The position numbers and the translations under genes are program-made. The notes below the pieces were generated by a model, which did not search any database, was not told the origin of the DNA, and was given only the letters and a program-made list of their open reading frames with translations. 64,000 nucleotides of DNA from Planctomycetota bacterium (GTDB lineage Bacteria > Planctomycetota > B15-G4): positions 2,656,001 to 2,720,000 of the forward strand of contig CBDFJQ010000002.1 of NCBI GenBank assembly GCA_965248575.1, given 5' to 3'. Positions 1-9,973 of this stretch are shown in pieces; the first letter of the stretch is position 1; each line of letters opens with the position of its first letter.

Positions 1-3
1 GAC

Positions 4-714
4 TTGGCCCGGGTCCAGAGCTGGATCGAGACCGAGCGCGCCGTCCGCCCCCTGGTGGCGGACGACAGCGTGGATGTGGTGGTCAGCAACTGCGTGCTCA
101 ACCTCGTGGATCCGGGGCGCAAGAAGCGTCTCTTCGCCGAGATCTTCCGGGTGCTCAAGCGCGGCGGGCGGGCGGTGATCTCCGACATCGTGTGCGACGA
201 AGACATCCCCGCACACATGGCTGCCGACCCGGAGCTGTGGAGCGGGTGTATCTCCGGCGCCTTCCGCGAAGACGAGTTCCTGCAGGCCTTCGAGCAGGCC
301 GGCTTCCATGGCATCGAGTTGGTGTCCCGAAGTGCCGAGCCCTGGCACGTGGTGGAGGGCATCGAGTTCCGCAGCGTCACGGTGCGAGCCTGGAAGGGCA
401 AGCAAGGAGCCTGCCTCGAACAGGGCCAGGCCGTCCTCTACAAGGGCCCGTGGAGCAAGGTGGTCGACGATGACGGCCATGAGTTCCCGCGCGGGGTGCC
501 CATGGCGGTGTGCGGCAAGACCTTCAAGATCATGACCGGCGAGCCCTACGCCTCCCACGTCGTGGGCATGGAGCCGGCCACTCCCATCGCAGCTGCAGCG
601 GCTGCGAACTTCGCATGCAGCGGCAGCCAGAGGCGCAACCCCGCCGACCTCAAGCAAGGCGCCAAGCCCTCCACCGACGGCGCGGCATGTTGCGAGCCGG
701 GCGAGTGTTGCTGA
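4..714 (+). CDS. arsM: Arsenite methyltransferase (ArsM)-like SAM-dependent methyltransferase, 5'-truncated by window edge
   Basis: SVDVVVSNCVLNL, LKRGGRAVISDIV and WSGCISGA motifs typical of ArsM; Cys-rich tail (CCEPGECC); directly upstream of an ArsS-type radical SAM gene. Confidence 0.75.
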   Translation: MARVQSWIETERAVRPLVADDSVDVVVSNCVLNLVDPGRKKRLFAEIFRVLKRGGRAVISDIVCDEDIPAHMAADPELWSGCISGAFREDEFLQAFEQAGFHGIELVSRSAEPWHVVEGIEFRSVTVRAWKGKQGACLEQGQAVLYKGPWSKVVDDDGHEFPRGVPMAVCGKTFKIMTGEPYASHVVGMEPATPIAAAAAANFACSGSQRRNPADLKQGAKPSTDGAACCEPGECC

Positions 715-1682
715 GCTCGACCACGAATCGATTCTCGGAGGCGCTGGAAGCACACCAGCAGCCTGCCCTGCGCCGGCGCAACCCCACGACGCTGCAAGTC
801 AACCTGGGAAAGCTCTGCAACCAGGCCTGCCACCACTGTCATGTGGATGCGGGGCCGCGGCGCAGCGAACTCATGGACCTGCCCACGGTGGAGCGCGTCC
901 TGACTCTTCTGGGTGCGAGCCCCGATGTCCAGCTGGTGGACCTCACCGGGGGCGCTCCCGAGCTCAACCCGAACTTTCGGCACCTGGTGCAAGGCGTCCG
1001 AGCCTTGGGCCGACAGGTCATGGTGCGCTGCAACCTGACGGTCCTTTACGAACCGGGGCAGGAAGACACCGCCGCCTTCTACGCCCAGCACGACGTCCGG
1101 CTCGTGGCGTCCCTTCCCTGTTACACCGAAGCCAACGTCGACAAGCAGCGCGGGGGTGGCACCTTCGACGCATCGATCCGCGCCTTGCGACAACTCAACA
1201 CCCATGGCTATGGCCGCGAGCGTTCCCTCGACCTGGTGTTCAACCCGGGCGGGCCCTCGCTGCCTCCACCCCAAGCAGCCCTTGAGCGGGACTATCGCGA
1301 GCGCCTCGCGTCCGACCACGGCATCGTCTTCAACCGCCTGTTGGCCATTGCCAACATGCCCATCCACCGCTTCGCTGACGACCTCGAACGCAACGGTCAG
1401 TTGGCAAGCTACGAACAGCTGTTGGTGGACGCCTTCAATCCAGATGCCACGCACGACGTCATGTGCCGCGACCTGGTCAGCGTGGATTGGGATGGGCGCC
1501 TCGCTGAGTGCGACTTCCATCTGATGCTGGAACTCCCCCTCGGGGGCGGCTTCTCGACGATTCATGACATCGAGAGGCTCGGGTTGCTAGCGGACGCGCC
1601 GATCACCACGGCAACCCACTGCCTGGGATGCACCGCCGGCCAGGGGAGCAGTTGCGGCGGCGCCCTGACAGCCACAGACTGA
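705..1682 (+). CDS. arsS: Arsenosugar-biosynthesis-type radical SAM protein (ArsS / radical SAM Cys-rich family)
   Basis: TLQVNLGKLCNQACHHCHVDAGP (CxxxCxxC), DLTGGAPELNP, ASLPCY and C-terminal HCLGCTAGQGSSCGG; GTG/TTG start at 705/708 overlaps the arsM stop. Confidence 0.85.
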   Translation: MLLSSTTNRFSEALEAHQQPALRRRNPTTLQVNLGKLCNQACHHCHVDAGPRRSELMDLPTVERVLTLLGASPDVQLVDLTGGAPELNPNFRHLVQGVRALGRQVMVRCNLTVLYEPGQEDTAAFYAQHDVRLVASLPCYTEANVDKQRGGGTFDASIRALRQLNTHGYGRERSLDLVFNPGGPSLPPPQAALERDYRERLASDHGIVFNRLLAIANMPIHRFADDLERNGQLASYEQLLVDAFNPDATHDVMCRDLVSVDWDGRLAECDFHLMLELPLGGGFSTIHDIERLGLLADAPITTATHCLGCTAGQGSSCGGALTATD

Positions 1683-1762
1683 GGTCTGCCCCGGCCCCAG
1701 CGCGTCGGCCCCCCCACTCCCTCCGCCGATCCGGCCCGCGGCGGATTCCCTCCCGCAAGCCC

Positions 1763-3157
1763 ATGACCGAGACCGAGACCCGGCGCCTCATCGTTCTCGC
1801 CAAGCCTCCGCTGCTGGGGCGGGCCAAGAGCCGCCTCGCACAAGGCGTAGGAGTCGGCCGCGCAGCACGCCTGGCCCGGGCCATGTTGAGGGACACCTGG
1901 GGTGCGGCCAGCGCCCTGTGCGCCGCGGACCCCCGCATCGACCTCCAACTGGCAGTGAGCGATGAGCTGGAGACCTACCCGCTGCTTCAGCCCGCCGCCC
2001 AAACCCGTTCCCAGGGGCCGGGTGACCTCGGACAACGCATGGCGCAGCTCATGGCCGCCTCGCTGTCCGAAGAGGGCGTGACCCACGTGCTCTTGCTGGG
2101 TACGGATAGCCCGGCTCTCCCACACGAACATCTCCGGCAGGCATGGTCCCTGCTGGAGCAACACGACCTGGTGCTCGGTTCGCAAGCAGACGGCGGTTTC
2201 TGGTGCCTCGGTGCTCGTGCTGCCCGAGTCGCAGGGCCGCCCACCGACCGCCCGGCTCGAGACCCCCACTGGCTGGACGGCGTCGATTGGACGCGGGACG
2301 GCACCGCCGAGCCTGTGCGCGAGCGAGCCCGGGCTGGCGGCTGGAGTCTGGGCGAGGCCCCTGCATTCTTTGACATCGACCACGCCAGGGATCTCCCCCG
2401 CCTGCACAACCTGCTGCAGGCCGAGCCAGCCCTCGCCCCCGCGACCCTGAGCGAACTCGAGCGCAACACGGACGACCCCCTGAGCGTCGTCGTGGCTTCC
2501 TTGAACGAAGGGGAAGCTCTCGACCGCAGCCTCGACGCCCTCGCGCCTCATGGAGATGCGCTGGATGTGATCGTGGCCGACGGTGGAAGTTGCGACGGAA
2601 GCCCCCAGCGAGCCGCGGCGCGCCCCAACGTCAGCGTGTGCCTGAGCCCGCCTGGTCGCGGGCGGCAGCTCGCCGCGGGTGCCGCGCTCTCCACCGGCTC
2701 GCGACTGCTGTTCCTGCATGCCGATGTCCGGCTCCCACCCGACGGCCTCTCCTTGCTTGCCAGCGCGCTGGATGAAGACGGCGTCGAAGCGGGTGCCTTC
2801 GTGACGCGCACCTTGCCGGAGCCCGGCCTTCCCAACCGGGCGGGCCCCTTGCTGCAGTTGGCCGACCTGCGCTCGCGCATCTCCCGCTACCCCTATGGGG
2901 ACCAGGCGGTGTTCATGACTCGCGCGGTCTATGAGGCGGTGGGCGGCTTTCAGGACATGCCCCTGCTCGAGGACTACGACCTGTCCCGTCGACTCGCCGC
3001 ACGTCGCCCCCTGCATCGCATCAAGACGCCGGTTACGGTCTCGGGGCGGCGTATGCAATCGCACCCTTTGAAGGCCGCGCTGCTCATGCGCTCCATCCCG
3101 ATCCTGTACCGCCTCGGCGTGGACCCACGCACCCTGGCGCGGCTCTACCGATCCTGA
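1763..3157 (+). CDS. Fusion of TIGR04282-like (DUF2064) and TIGR04283-like GT2 glycosyltransferase domains
   Basis: N-half LIVLAKPPLLGRAKSRL...QGPGDLGQRM...LLGTDSPAL...DGGFWCLG...DIDHARDL; C-half LSVVVASLNE...DGGSCD...GRGRQLAAGA...LLFLHAD...PYGDQAVF...PLLEDY...SGRR. ATG at 1763. Confidence 0.8.
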   Translation: MTETETRRLIVLAKPPLLGRAKSRLAQGVGVGRAARLARAMLRDTWGAASALCAADPRIDLQLAVSDELETYPLLQPAAQTRSQGPGDLGQRMAQLMAASLSEEGVTHVLLLGTDSPALPHEHLRQAWSLLEQHDLVLGSQADGGFWCLGARAARVAGPPTDRPARDPHWLDGVDWTRDGTAEPVRERARAGGWSLGEAPAFFDIDHARDLPRLHNLLQAEPALAPATLSELERNTDDPLSVVVASLNEGEALDRSLDALAPHGDALDVIVADGGSCDGSPQRAAARPNVSVCLSPPGRGRQLAAGAALSTGSRLLFLHADVRLPPDGLSLLASALDEDGVEAGAFVTRTLPEPGLPNRAGPLLQLADLRSRISRYPYGDQAVFMTRAVYEAVGGFQDMPLLEDYDLSRRLAARRPLHRIKTPVTVSGRRMQSHPLKAALLMRSIPILYRLGVDPRTLARLYRS

Positions 3158-4374
3158 GCCCCGCCTCCCGGACCAGGACCTGGGCCGCCACCGCTGGCAG
3201 GTGCCGAGGCCACGCCTGAGCGTGCGCGCAGTCTCTCGAGACGCTCTTCGTAGCGCTGCACGAGGACGTCCACCTCGTCCATCCTGCCGCTGCGTGCCAG
3301 CACGCGCGAAAGACGCCAGCACGCCTTGAGGTGCTTCGGGCGCACGTCCAGCACCCGCTTCAGCAGGTTCTCCGCTTCGTCCAGGAGCCCCATGTCCTCG
3401 CGAATCCCTGCCAGCACCAGCAGCGCGTCGATGTGATCCGGCTGCTGCACGAGACAACTTTCCAGCAAGGACACGGCGAGATCTTTCTCGCCCATGCGAC
3501 TCCGACAACGCGCCAAACCCACCTGCGCGCCGCGGTTGCTACGCGCGTCTTCCAGGACGAGCTCGTAACACTCCACGGCCTCTTCCAGCCGGTCCGTGGA
3601 ACGGAAGAGATCGCCCTGCGCCATGAGCAGCAGGTTGCGATCGGGCCCGGCTTCCTGCAGGCCCAGTTCCAGCTCTTGCTCTGCGCGCTCGAAGCGCTGC
3701 CAACGGGTGAGAGCCTGGGCGTAAAGTGCGCGGACGTCCCCACGCGACGGAGCTCGACCCAACGCTTGCTCGAGCAAGGGCAGCGCGTGCTCCAGCAAGG
3801 AGTCATCACCCATGAGACTTTCGGCGCGGGCCGCCAAGAGCTCTGCCTCAAGCTCATTGGAGGTCCACTCTGCGCTCTCGCCCTTGAGCCGGTCCAGCAC
3901 CCGCCGCGTGGCACTGAAATCCTCCAGGGCCATGAGGACCCGGGCATGCAGGGCCGACACATCCAGATTGTCCCGGTGCAACGCAGCCAACTGGATCACG
4001 GACGCGCTGACCGCCTGGGGCCCATCACTCTCGAGTACGACCCGCAGCCGCGCCAGGTCGAGTTGCAAGACGGTTGAGTCGGGCCCCAAGTTCAGGCCTC
4101 CCAGGAACTTCCGAGTCTCCGAGATCTTGCGCAGATCCAGCATCGCCAACGCCCGCTGCCCGAGGACGCGCAGGTTGGCACGCACCTCGGCGGGCGCCTC
4201 GCGCATGCTTCGCAGGGCATCCCGGGCCGCGCCGTCCCTGCGTTGGGAGCGCATGCTGCGGACCAGGCTGCTGACGTCCGTGGACGTCGATTGAGCGCTC
4301 AGATCCGGGGCCACCGCCCCGACCAGGACCAAGACAGTCAGGAGCAAGGCTGCCAACCTGCACAAGCCTCTCAT
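3145..4374 (-). CDS. Tetratricopeptide-repeat protein with signal peptide
   Basis: Hydrophobic N-terminus (MRGLCRLAALLLTVLVLVGA) and repeated helical TPR-like units; start overlaps the upstream gene's stop (ATGA). Confidence 0.7.
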   Translation of the reverse strand: MRGLCRLAALLLTVLVLVGAVAPDLSAQSTSTDVSSLVRSMRSQRRDGAARDALRSMREAPAEVRANLRVLGQRALAMLDLRKISETRKFLGGLNLGPDSTVLQLDLARLRVVLESDGPQAVSASVIQLAALHRDNLDVSALHARVLMALEDFSATRRVLDRLKGESAEWTSNELEAELLAARAESLMGDDSLLEHALPLLEQALGRAPSRGDVRALYAQALTRWQRFERAEQELELGLQEAGPDRNLLLMAQGDLFRSTDRLEEAVECYELVLEDARSNRGAQVGLARCRSRMGEKDLAVSLLESCLVQQPDHIDALLVLAGIREDMGLLDEAENLLKRVLDVRPKHLKACWRLSRVLARSGRMDEVDVLVQRYEERLERLRARSGVASAPASGGGPGPGPGGGAQDR

Positions 4375-6242
4375 CGGCCTGAACCGTGTGCCAAGACGAG
4401 CTTCTGATCGGGGGCCTGCTCCTCCCACCGATCCTCGCTGCCATCGAGCCAACGGACCGTGACCTTCAGGCTGCGACTGGAGCGCGGCAATCCGAAGTGC
4501 ACCACACGCGATTCGACCCCCAGAAAAGAGGAGCCTCGTCTCACTTCCTTGACCCAACGCCGTTCGCCGGCGTTGACCTCCACTCGCGCACCCACCGAGC
4601 GGGACATGGGCCGCAGGTCGACCTTCAGCCAGCGCCCTTCGTGTTCATAGATGTTCTCCAACACCGTCGGCGCGCCGTCGAGCACGCCCACGATGAGGTC
4701 AATGTCGCCATCGTTGTCGGTGTCCCCGGCTGCGAGCCCACGACTCGCACGCTCTTCGGAGAAGCTGCGCGCCGCACTGTCATCCACGGCCATGGGCGCA
4801 AAGCGGTCGTCCTCCCAGGTGAACAACTTGTCCGGTTGCCCGAACCGCACCTGGCTGATGTCGCAGCCCTCGACCTGGGGATACACGTGCCCGTTCGCGA
4901 TGAAGAGATCCGTATCGCCGTCCAGCTCCGCATCAAAGAGGCTGACCCCCCAACCCAAGTCGAAGTAGGACGGTCTGCCGATGCCGAAGCGACCGGCCTC
5001 GTCAAAAAACAAGGCGCCGTACTTCTTGGCCGAGGCATTCCGGAAGAGCGCGTTGGGCTCCCGGGAGAAGTTGGTCATGACCATGTCGAACAGCCCGTCC
5101 CCGTCAACGTCGCCCACAGCCACCCCCATGCCAGCCTGCTCCTTGCCGGAATCCGAGAGGGCCAGCCCGCTGCGCATGGCCTGCTCTGCCAACATCGGCA
5201 AGCCGTCGTCGCCCACACCCTTGTTGAGATAGAAGTTGTTGGGCATGGAGTCGTTGGACACGAACAGGTCCAGGTCGCCGTCGTCATCCAGGTCACTGAA
5301 GACCGGCTGGAATCCATAGGCCGGACGGGCCTTGCCCACGGCGGTCTCCTGGGTGATCTCGGAGAAATTCCCGGAGCCATCATTCAAGAAAAGCCGATCC
5401 CCTTGGGCTGAGAGCCCTTTGGGACCACAGGGCACCTCGCAGCCCAACCAGCGGCAGGGCTGCCCGCTGAGCATGCGGTGCGACAGGTCGTGGGCGAGGT
5501 AGTTGGCCACATAGGCATCGAGATCGCCGTCGCCATCGATGTCACCGAAGGCAGCCCCCGTGCTCCAGTCATTCTCGTCGCCCGCCAGCCCACCGCCGTC
5601 GGGCACCCGGCGCAACTGAACGCTCGCTTCTTCACCCGCGAAACGAGAGGTCTCGAGCAGGTTCTCCAACAAGACATTGTGGCCAAGGTTCGTGACGAAG
5701 ATGTCTTCGTCGCCGTCGTCGTCCACATCGCCCGCAGTGACTCCGAACCCGAACCCCTCGCTCAGGTCTCCGGCCGTCTGGCTGACGTTGTGGAAGCGCC
5801 CGCCACCATCATTCAGATACAGCTCGTCCCGGGATGCACTCCCCGTCTGCACCTCGCCCTGGGAGTTCACATCCGCTCCCTGCACCATGTACAGGTCGAG
5901 GTTGCCGTCGTCATCCACGTCGAACAGGCCCACCCCGCTGCCGACGCACTCCACCATGAAGCGCTTGTCGCTGCCCACGGCCCCCGAATGGTGCGTGAAG
6001 GTCACGCCCGACTGCTCAGGGGTGCGGCTACGGAATCCTCGACCGCCCGCAGGCTCCGCCACGATGGCGGACGAGTTGTTCGTCAGATCCCGGTCGAGCG
6101 GAAGCTCGCGTGAGAGCGGAGACGCGATCTGTGCACCCGCGCCACCGGCAATGCAGCAACCGATCCCCGCCGCCATCCAGGAGCGGCGAGCCACCCGGAC
6201 AACGCACACGGAACGGAAGGCAAGCCAGAGGCGACGGACCAT
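4371..6242 (-). CDS. CRTAC1-family protein (FG-GAP/VCBS repeats + ASPIC/UnbV domain)
   Basis: Many DxDxDGxxD repeats, AGMGVAVGD, WGVSLFD, RGLAAGDTDNDGDID, C-terminal VGARVEV...GSSFLG...VHFGL...VRW. Start uncertain (6260/6242/6176). Confidence 0.85.
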   Translation of the reverse strand: MVRRLWLAFRSVCVVRVARRSWMAAGIGCCIAGGAGAQIASPLSRELPLDRDLTNNSSAIVAEPAGGRGFRSRTPEQSGVTFTHHSGAVGSDKRFMVECVGSGVGLFDVDDDGNLDLYMVQGADVNSQGEVQTGSASRDELYLNDGGGRFHNVSQTAGDLSEGFGFGVTAGDVDDDGDEDIFVTNLGHNVLLENLLETSRFAGEEASVQLRRVPDGGGLAGDENDWSTGAAFGDIDGDGDLDAYVANYLAHDLSHRMLSGQPCRWLGCEVPCGPKGLSAQGDRLFLNDGSGNFSEITQETAVGKARPAYGFQPVFSDLDDDGDLDLFVSNDSMPNNFYLNKGVGDDGLPMLAEQAMRSGLALSDSGKEQAGMGVAVGDVDGDGLFDMVMTNFSREPNALFRNASAKKYGALFFDEAGRFGIGRPSYFDLGWGVSLFDAELDGDTDLFIANGHVYPQVEGCDISQVRFGQPDKLFTWEDDRFAPMAVDDSAARSFSEERASRGLAAGDTDNDGDIDLIVGVLDGAPTVLENIYEHEGRWLKVDLRPMSRSVGARVEVNAGERRWVKEVRRGSSFLGVESRVVHFGLPRSSRSLKVTVRWLDGSEDRWEEQAPDQKLVLAHGSGR

Positions 6243-6511
6243 GGATGGGGCCCGAGCCAAGGTTGGCTCCTCGTGAGCGGATTGGAGAGTTGGAAGTCTG
6301 TCCCGAGTCGCTTCCCTCTGCCCAGCAACGCCTTCGATGTGCCCGAAGGGGACCGCTGCGAGACTCGGAGAGTCGCCCGGCGATTCCTGACCGCGGCCCC
6401 CCCGGGTCGCGTTGCGTCACAGAATCGTCATTGCCCAGCTTAGCAGTCCGATCCGGGCTGGGGTGGGGATTGAGACCCAAATCCAGACGAAATCGGCATG
6501 ATCGGCGCCCC

Positions 6512-7423
6512 ATGTCTGCGCCCCCGATTCAGCCCAGCGTCTTCCCCGTTCAGACACTGGCCCACTATCAGCTGCTCGACTCCGGCCACGGCGAGAAGCT
6601 GGAACGCCTGGGCCCCTATGTGCTGCGCCGCCCCGACCCCCAGGCTATGTGGGCGCCAGCGCTCCCGGAAGACCAATGGCGAGCGCGAGCCGACCTGGTG
6701 TTCGTGCGCGAATCCGATCGCGGGGGCCGCTGGGAGATGTCCGGCACGAGCTCGCCGCCCGAGAACTGGGAGATCGAGCACGAGGGCGCCCGCTTCCGGG
6801 TCCGGCCCACCCCCTTCAAGCACATCGGGCTTTTCCCGGAGCAGGCCACCAACTGGAACTGGACCGCGCAACGGGTGGCGGACCTGGCGACGACACGACC
6901 AGCTGCTGATCGGCCTCGCCTGTTGAACCTCTTCGCGTACACGGGGGCAGCCACGGTGCTGGCCTCCCGCGCGGGCGCCTTCGTCACGCACGTGGACAGC
7001 AGCAAGCCCGCCATGCGTTGGGCCCGCGACAACGCTGAGCTCTCCCAGCTCCCAGGCGACGCTGTGCGCTGGATCCAGGACGACGCCTTGGGGTTCGTGC
7101 GCCGTGAAGTGCGGCGCGGAAAACTCTACGACGGTATCTTGCTCGACCCGCCTCCTTACGGGCGCGGACCGGACGGCGAGAAGTGGCAGTTCGAGGAGGA
7201 GATCGTCGAACTCATGCAACTCCTCGGACAGTTGCTGAACCCTGGCCCGGCCTTCGTGTTGCTGTCCTGCTACGCGGTGGGCACCACTCCCTTGGCCTTC
7301 GCCAACATGTTGGGCGACCTGGGCCCGGGGCAGATCGAAGCCGGTGAGCTCGCCTTGGCACACAGCGAAAGCGAGCGGCTCTTGCCAGCAGGCCTGTGTG
7401 GCCGCTGGTGGAGAGCACCCTGA
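6512..7423 (+). CDS. Class I SAM-dependent methyltransferase, RlmI/RlmK-like
   Basis: YQLLDSGHGEKLER, FKHIGLFPEQ, LLNLFAYTG, YDGILLDPPPYGRG. Confidence 0.8.
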   Translation: MSAPPIQPSVFPVQTLAHYQLLDSGHGEKLERLGPYVLRRPDPQAMWAPALPEDQWRARADLVFVRESDRGGRWEMSGTSSPPENWEIEHEGARFRVRPTPFKHIGLFPEQATNWNWTAQRVADLATTRPAADRPRLLNLFAYTGAATVLASRAGAFVTHVDSSKPAMRWARDNAELSQLPGDAVRWIQDDALGFVRREVRRGKLYDGILLDPPPYGRGPDGEKWQFEEEIVELMQLLGQLLNPGPAFVLLSCYAVGTTPLAFANMLGDLGPGQIEAGELALAHSESERLLPAGLCGRWWRAP

Positions 7424-7480
7424 TCCCTACGTACGCCCCGCACCCCTGACATCAGCTCCCCCCCGACCCGAGAACTGCTC

Positions 7481-9952
7481 ATGCTCAAGCTCGCCTTGCC
7501 GCTCCTCTTGTTGCTGTCGGCATCACCGTTCTTGGCACCAGCTTCGGCAGCTGTCACGGCAGCGAAAACAGTTGCGGGCGATGACGTCACCCCCGGCGTG
7601 GCCACACCCCCAGCCGTCATCGAGCAAATCATCGACTTGGGCATGAACCAGAGCCAGGTCATGCAGAGCCTCAAGGAACTCGTGGACGGCATCGGCGCCC
7701 GGCTAACGGGTTCGACGAACCTCACCGCCGCTGAAAACTGGGCTGCGGACGCCTTTCGGGAGCTGGGCCTCGAGGTGACCATCGAGCCCTGGGGCGAGGT
7801 TCCCGTGGGCTTCGACCGTGGGCCCTCCAGCGGCGCACTTGTGAGCCCGGAGCGGATCGAGTTGGAGTTCATGACCCGCTCCTGGTCAGCGGGAACCGAC
7901 GGCCCGCTGCGCGGCCCCGTGGTGCTCGCACCTCTTGACGAAGCGGGATTCGAAGGCCTCGCCGACAGCTTGCCGGGGGCCTGGGTCTTGAGCCCCTCCA
8001 ATTGGCCTCCCCGCCCACGTGGCGACGACGCTCCCGACGATCTGGGGGACGACCCCGACGCCCGGGCCGAGTGGGTGCGCTCTGCCATGGGGGACTACCA
8101 GGCGTTCACCGAAGCGCGCAGCGCGCTCTACGCGAGCGCTGGCATCGCCGGAGTTGTCCTGACCTCGCGGCTCGGCGAGCGGCTGCTCATGAGCGGCAAC
8201 CGGAACATCAGCTGGGACAAGCTGCCGACCAATGTGCGTGTCACTCTCATCGCTTCCCAGTTCGAAGAGCTGCGATCACGACTCGACGGAGGACAGGAGC
8301 TGGAGCTCGAGTTCGACATCGACAACCGCTTCGTCCAAGGGCCCGTGGTCCAGAACAACGTCTACGCGGATCTGATCGGCGAGATTCACCCGGAGCAGTA
8401 CGTGATCGTCGGCGGCCACCTCGACAGCTGGGACATCGCGCCGGGGGCCACGGACAACGGCACGGGAGTGACCACGACCATCGAGGCGGCGCGCCTGCTC
8501 GTGGAGTCCGGTGCGCACCCTGGGCGCACCATCCGCTTCATGCTCTGGGGCGGCGAAGAGCAAGGCCTGCTGGGCAGCCGCGCCTGGGCCAAAGAACACC
8601 AGGACCTGATGGACAGCATCTCCGCGGTGCTGGTGCACGACGGCGGCACGAACGCCCTCTCGGGCCTCAAGGTCACCCGCGCCATGACGGAACAGATGGA
8701 GCAGGCGCTGGCGTCGGTGCAGCGCTTCAGCCAGGAGCACCCGGACGCACAGCCCTTCGCCTTGGACCCCGTCCAGGGCTTGCCCAGCGGGGCCAGCGAC
8801 CACAACTCCTTCATCACCTACGGCGTGCCGGGCTTCTTCTGGAACCAGTCGGGGCGGGCTGACTACGACCACACCCACCACACGCAACACGACCACTACG
8901 ACGCCGCCATCCCCGAATACCAACGACACTCGGCCGTGGTGGTGGCTCTCTCGGCCTTGGGCATCGCCGACCTGCCCGAGATGCTGTCGCGCCGAGGGCT
9001 GACCCAGAAGCGTCGCACCCTCGGCGTGTTTCTGGACGGCAACTCCGTGAGCGGCGTCTCCTCTGGCAGCCAGGCGGAAGCCCTCGGCGTGCAGGCTGGC
9101 GACGTCTTCACCAGCGTCAACGGGGAGGCCCTCGACGAGTCGCGAGGCGCGCTCACCTCCGCGCGGGACCGGGGCGAAGGGCGCAAGCTCGTGGGCTGGC
9201 AGCGGGGCGAAGAGCGCATGAGTGGCGTCTTCGTCTGGGACGAAGGGAACATCGACCGCGACCCCGAAAAGCTGTTGGTCACGACCCTCGACGGCGAGTC
9301 CATCCACGCTGACTACTTCTTGGGCGCGGCCGACAAGCCGGCCTCGGGCAGCGTCGTGGTCCTGCTGCCCATGAATGGCGCCGACCGGCACAGCTGGTTG
9401 CCCGTGCGTGACGAGCTCTACGCGGCGGGGGTGGCCACCGTGGCCGTGGACATGCGCGGACATGGCGAGAGCGTCGGCGCGGACGGTGTGCTCGTGACCC
9501 GCCGTCGGGACCTCGACTTGTCGCTCTACGAGGGCATGGTTCACGATGTCTCGGCCGTCGTGAAGTGGCTCGAAGCGCGAGGCTACGAGGCCGAGCGCAT
9601 CGGCCTCATGGGCGCGAGCGTCGGCTGCAGCATCGCGCTGCGATCCGGCCTGGCGGACCCGCGTCTCGCGGGCGTCCTGACCCTCACGCCCGGCAAGAAG
9701 TACATGGGGCTCGACAGCCTGGCGGAAGTGACGGCCTGGGACGGGCGCCCCTTGGCGCTGGTCAGCAGTGAGGAGGAAGCGGACCGTGGTGCGCGCCCCC
9801 TGCACGAAGCGTTGTTGGGTGCCAACCCCTGGTCCCGGGCGCAACTCGTGTTGCTGGAGCAGACGGGCATCCACGGCACGCAAATGTTCGGCCCGGTTCC
9901 CGGGATCGAAGACTCGCTGGCCGCATGGTGGGCCGAGACCCTGAGCCGTTGA
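7481..9952 (+). CDS. Secreted M28-family metallopeptidase fused to PDZ-like and alpha/beta-hydrolase domains
   Basis: Signal peptide; GGHLDSWD, GATDNGTG, GEEQGLLGS, SDH, HHTQHD (M28); LGVFLDG...GSQAEALGVQAGDVFTSVNG (PDZ); DMRGHGES, MGASVG, IHGT (hydrolase). Confidence 0.8.
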   Translation: MLKLALPLLLLLSASPFLAPASAAVTAAKTVAGDDVTPGVATPPAVIEQIIDLGMNQSQVMQSLKELVDGIGARLTGSTNLTAAENWAADAFRELGLEVTIEPWGEVPVGFDRGPSSGALVSPERIELEFMTRSWSAGTDGPLRGPVVLAPLDEAGFEGLADSLPGAWVLSPSNWPPRPRGDDAPDDLGDDPDARAEWVRSAMGDYQAFTEARSALYASAGIAGVVLTSRLGERLLMSGNRNISWDKLPTNVRVTLIASQFEELRSRLDGGQELELEFDIDNRFVQGPVVQNNVYADLIGEIHPEQYVIVGGHLDSWDIAPGATDNGTGVTTTIEAARLLVESGAHPGRTIRFMLWGGEEQGLLGSRAWAKEHQDLMDSISAVLVHDGGTNALSGLKVTRAMTEQMEQALASVQRFSQEHPDAQPFALDPVQGLPSGASDHNSFITYGVPGFFWNQSGRADYDHTHHTQHDHYDAAIPEYQRHSAVVVALSALGIADLPEMLSRRGLTQKRRTLGVFLDGNSVSGVSSGSQAEALGVQAGDVFTSVNGEALDESRGALTSARDRGEGRKLVGWQRGEERMSGVFVWDEGNIDRDPEKLLVTTLDGESIHADYFLGAADKPASGSVVVLLPMNGADRHSWLPVRDELYAAGVATVAVDMRGHGESVGADGVLVTRRRDLDLSLYEGMVHDVSAVVKWLEARGYEAERIGLMGASVGCSIALRSGLADPRLAGVLTLTPGKKYMGLDSLAEVTAWDGRPLALVSSEEEADRGARPLHEALLGANPWSRAQLVLLEQTGIHGTQMFGPVPGIEDSLAAWWAETLSR

Positions 9953-9973
9953 GCGCACGACCCGAGCCACGCC

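Noticed and set aside
1640..1682. Selenocysteine in the ArsS C-terminal GSSxGG motif
   Set aside because: The codon is TGC (Cys); there is no in-frame TGA before the normal stop.
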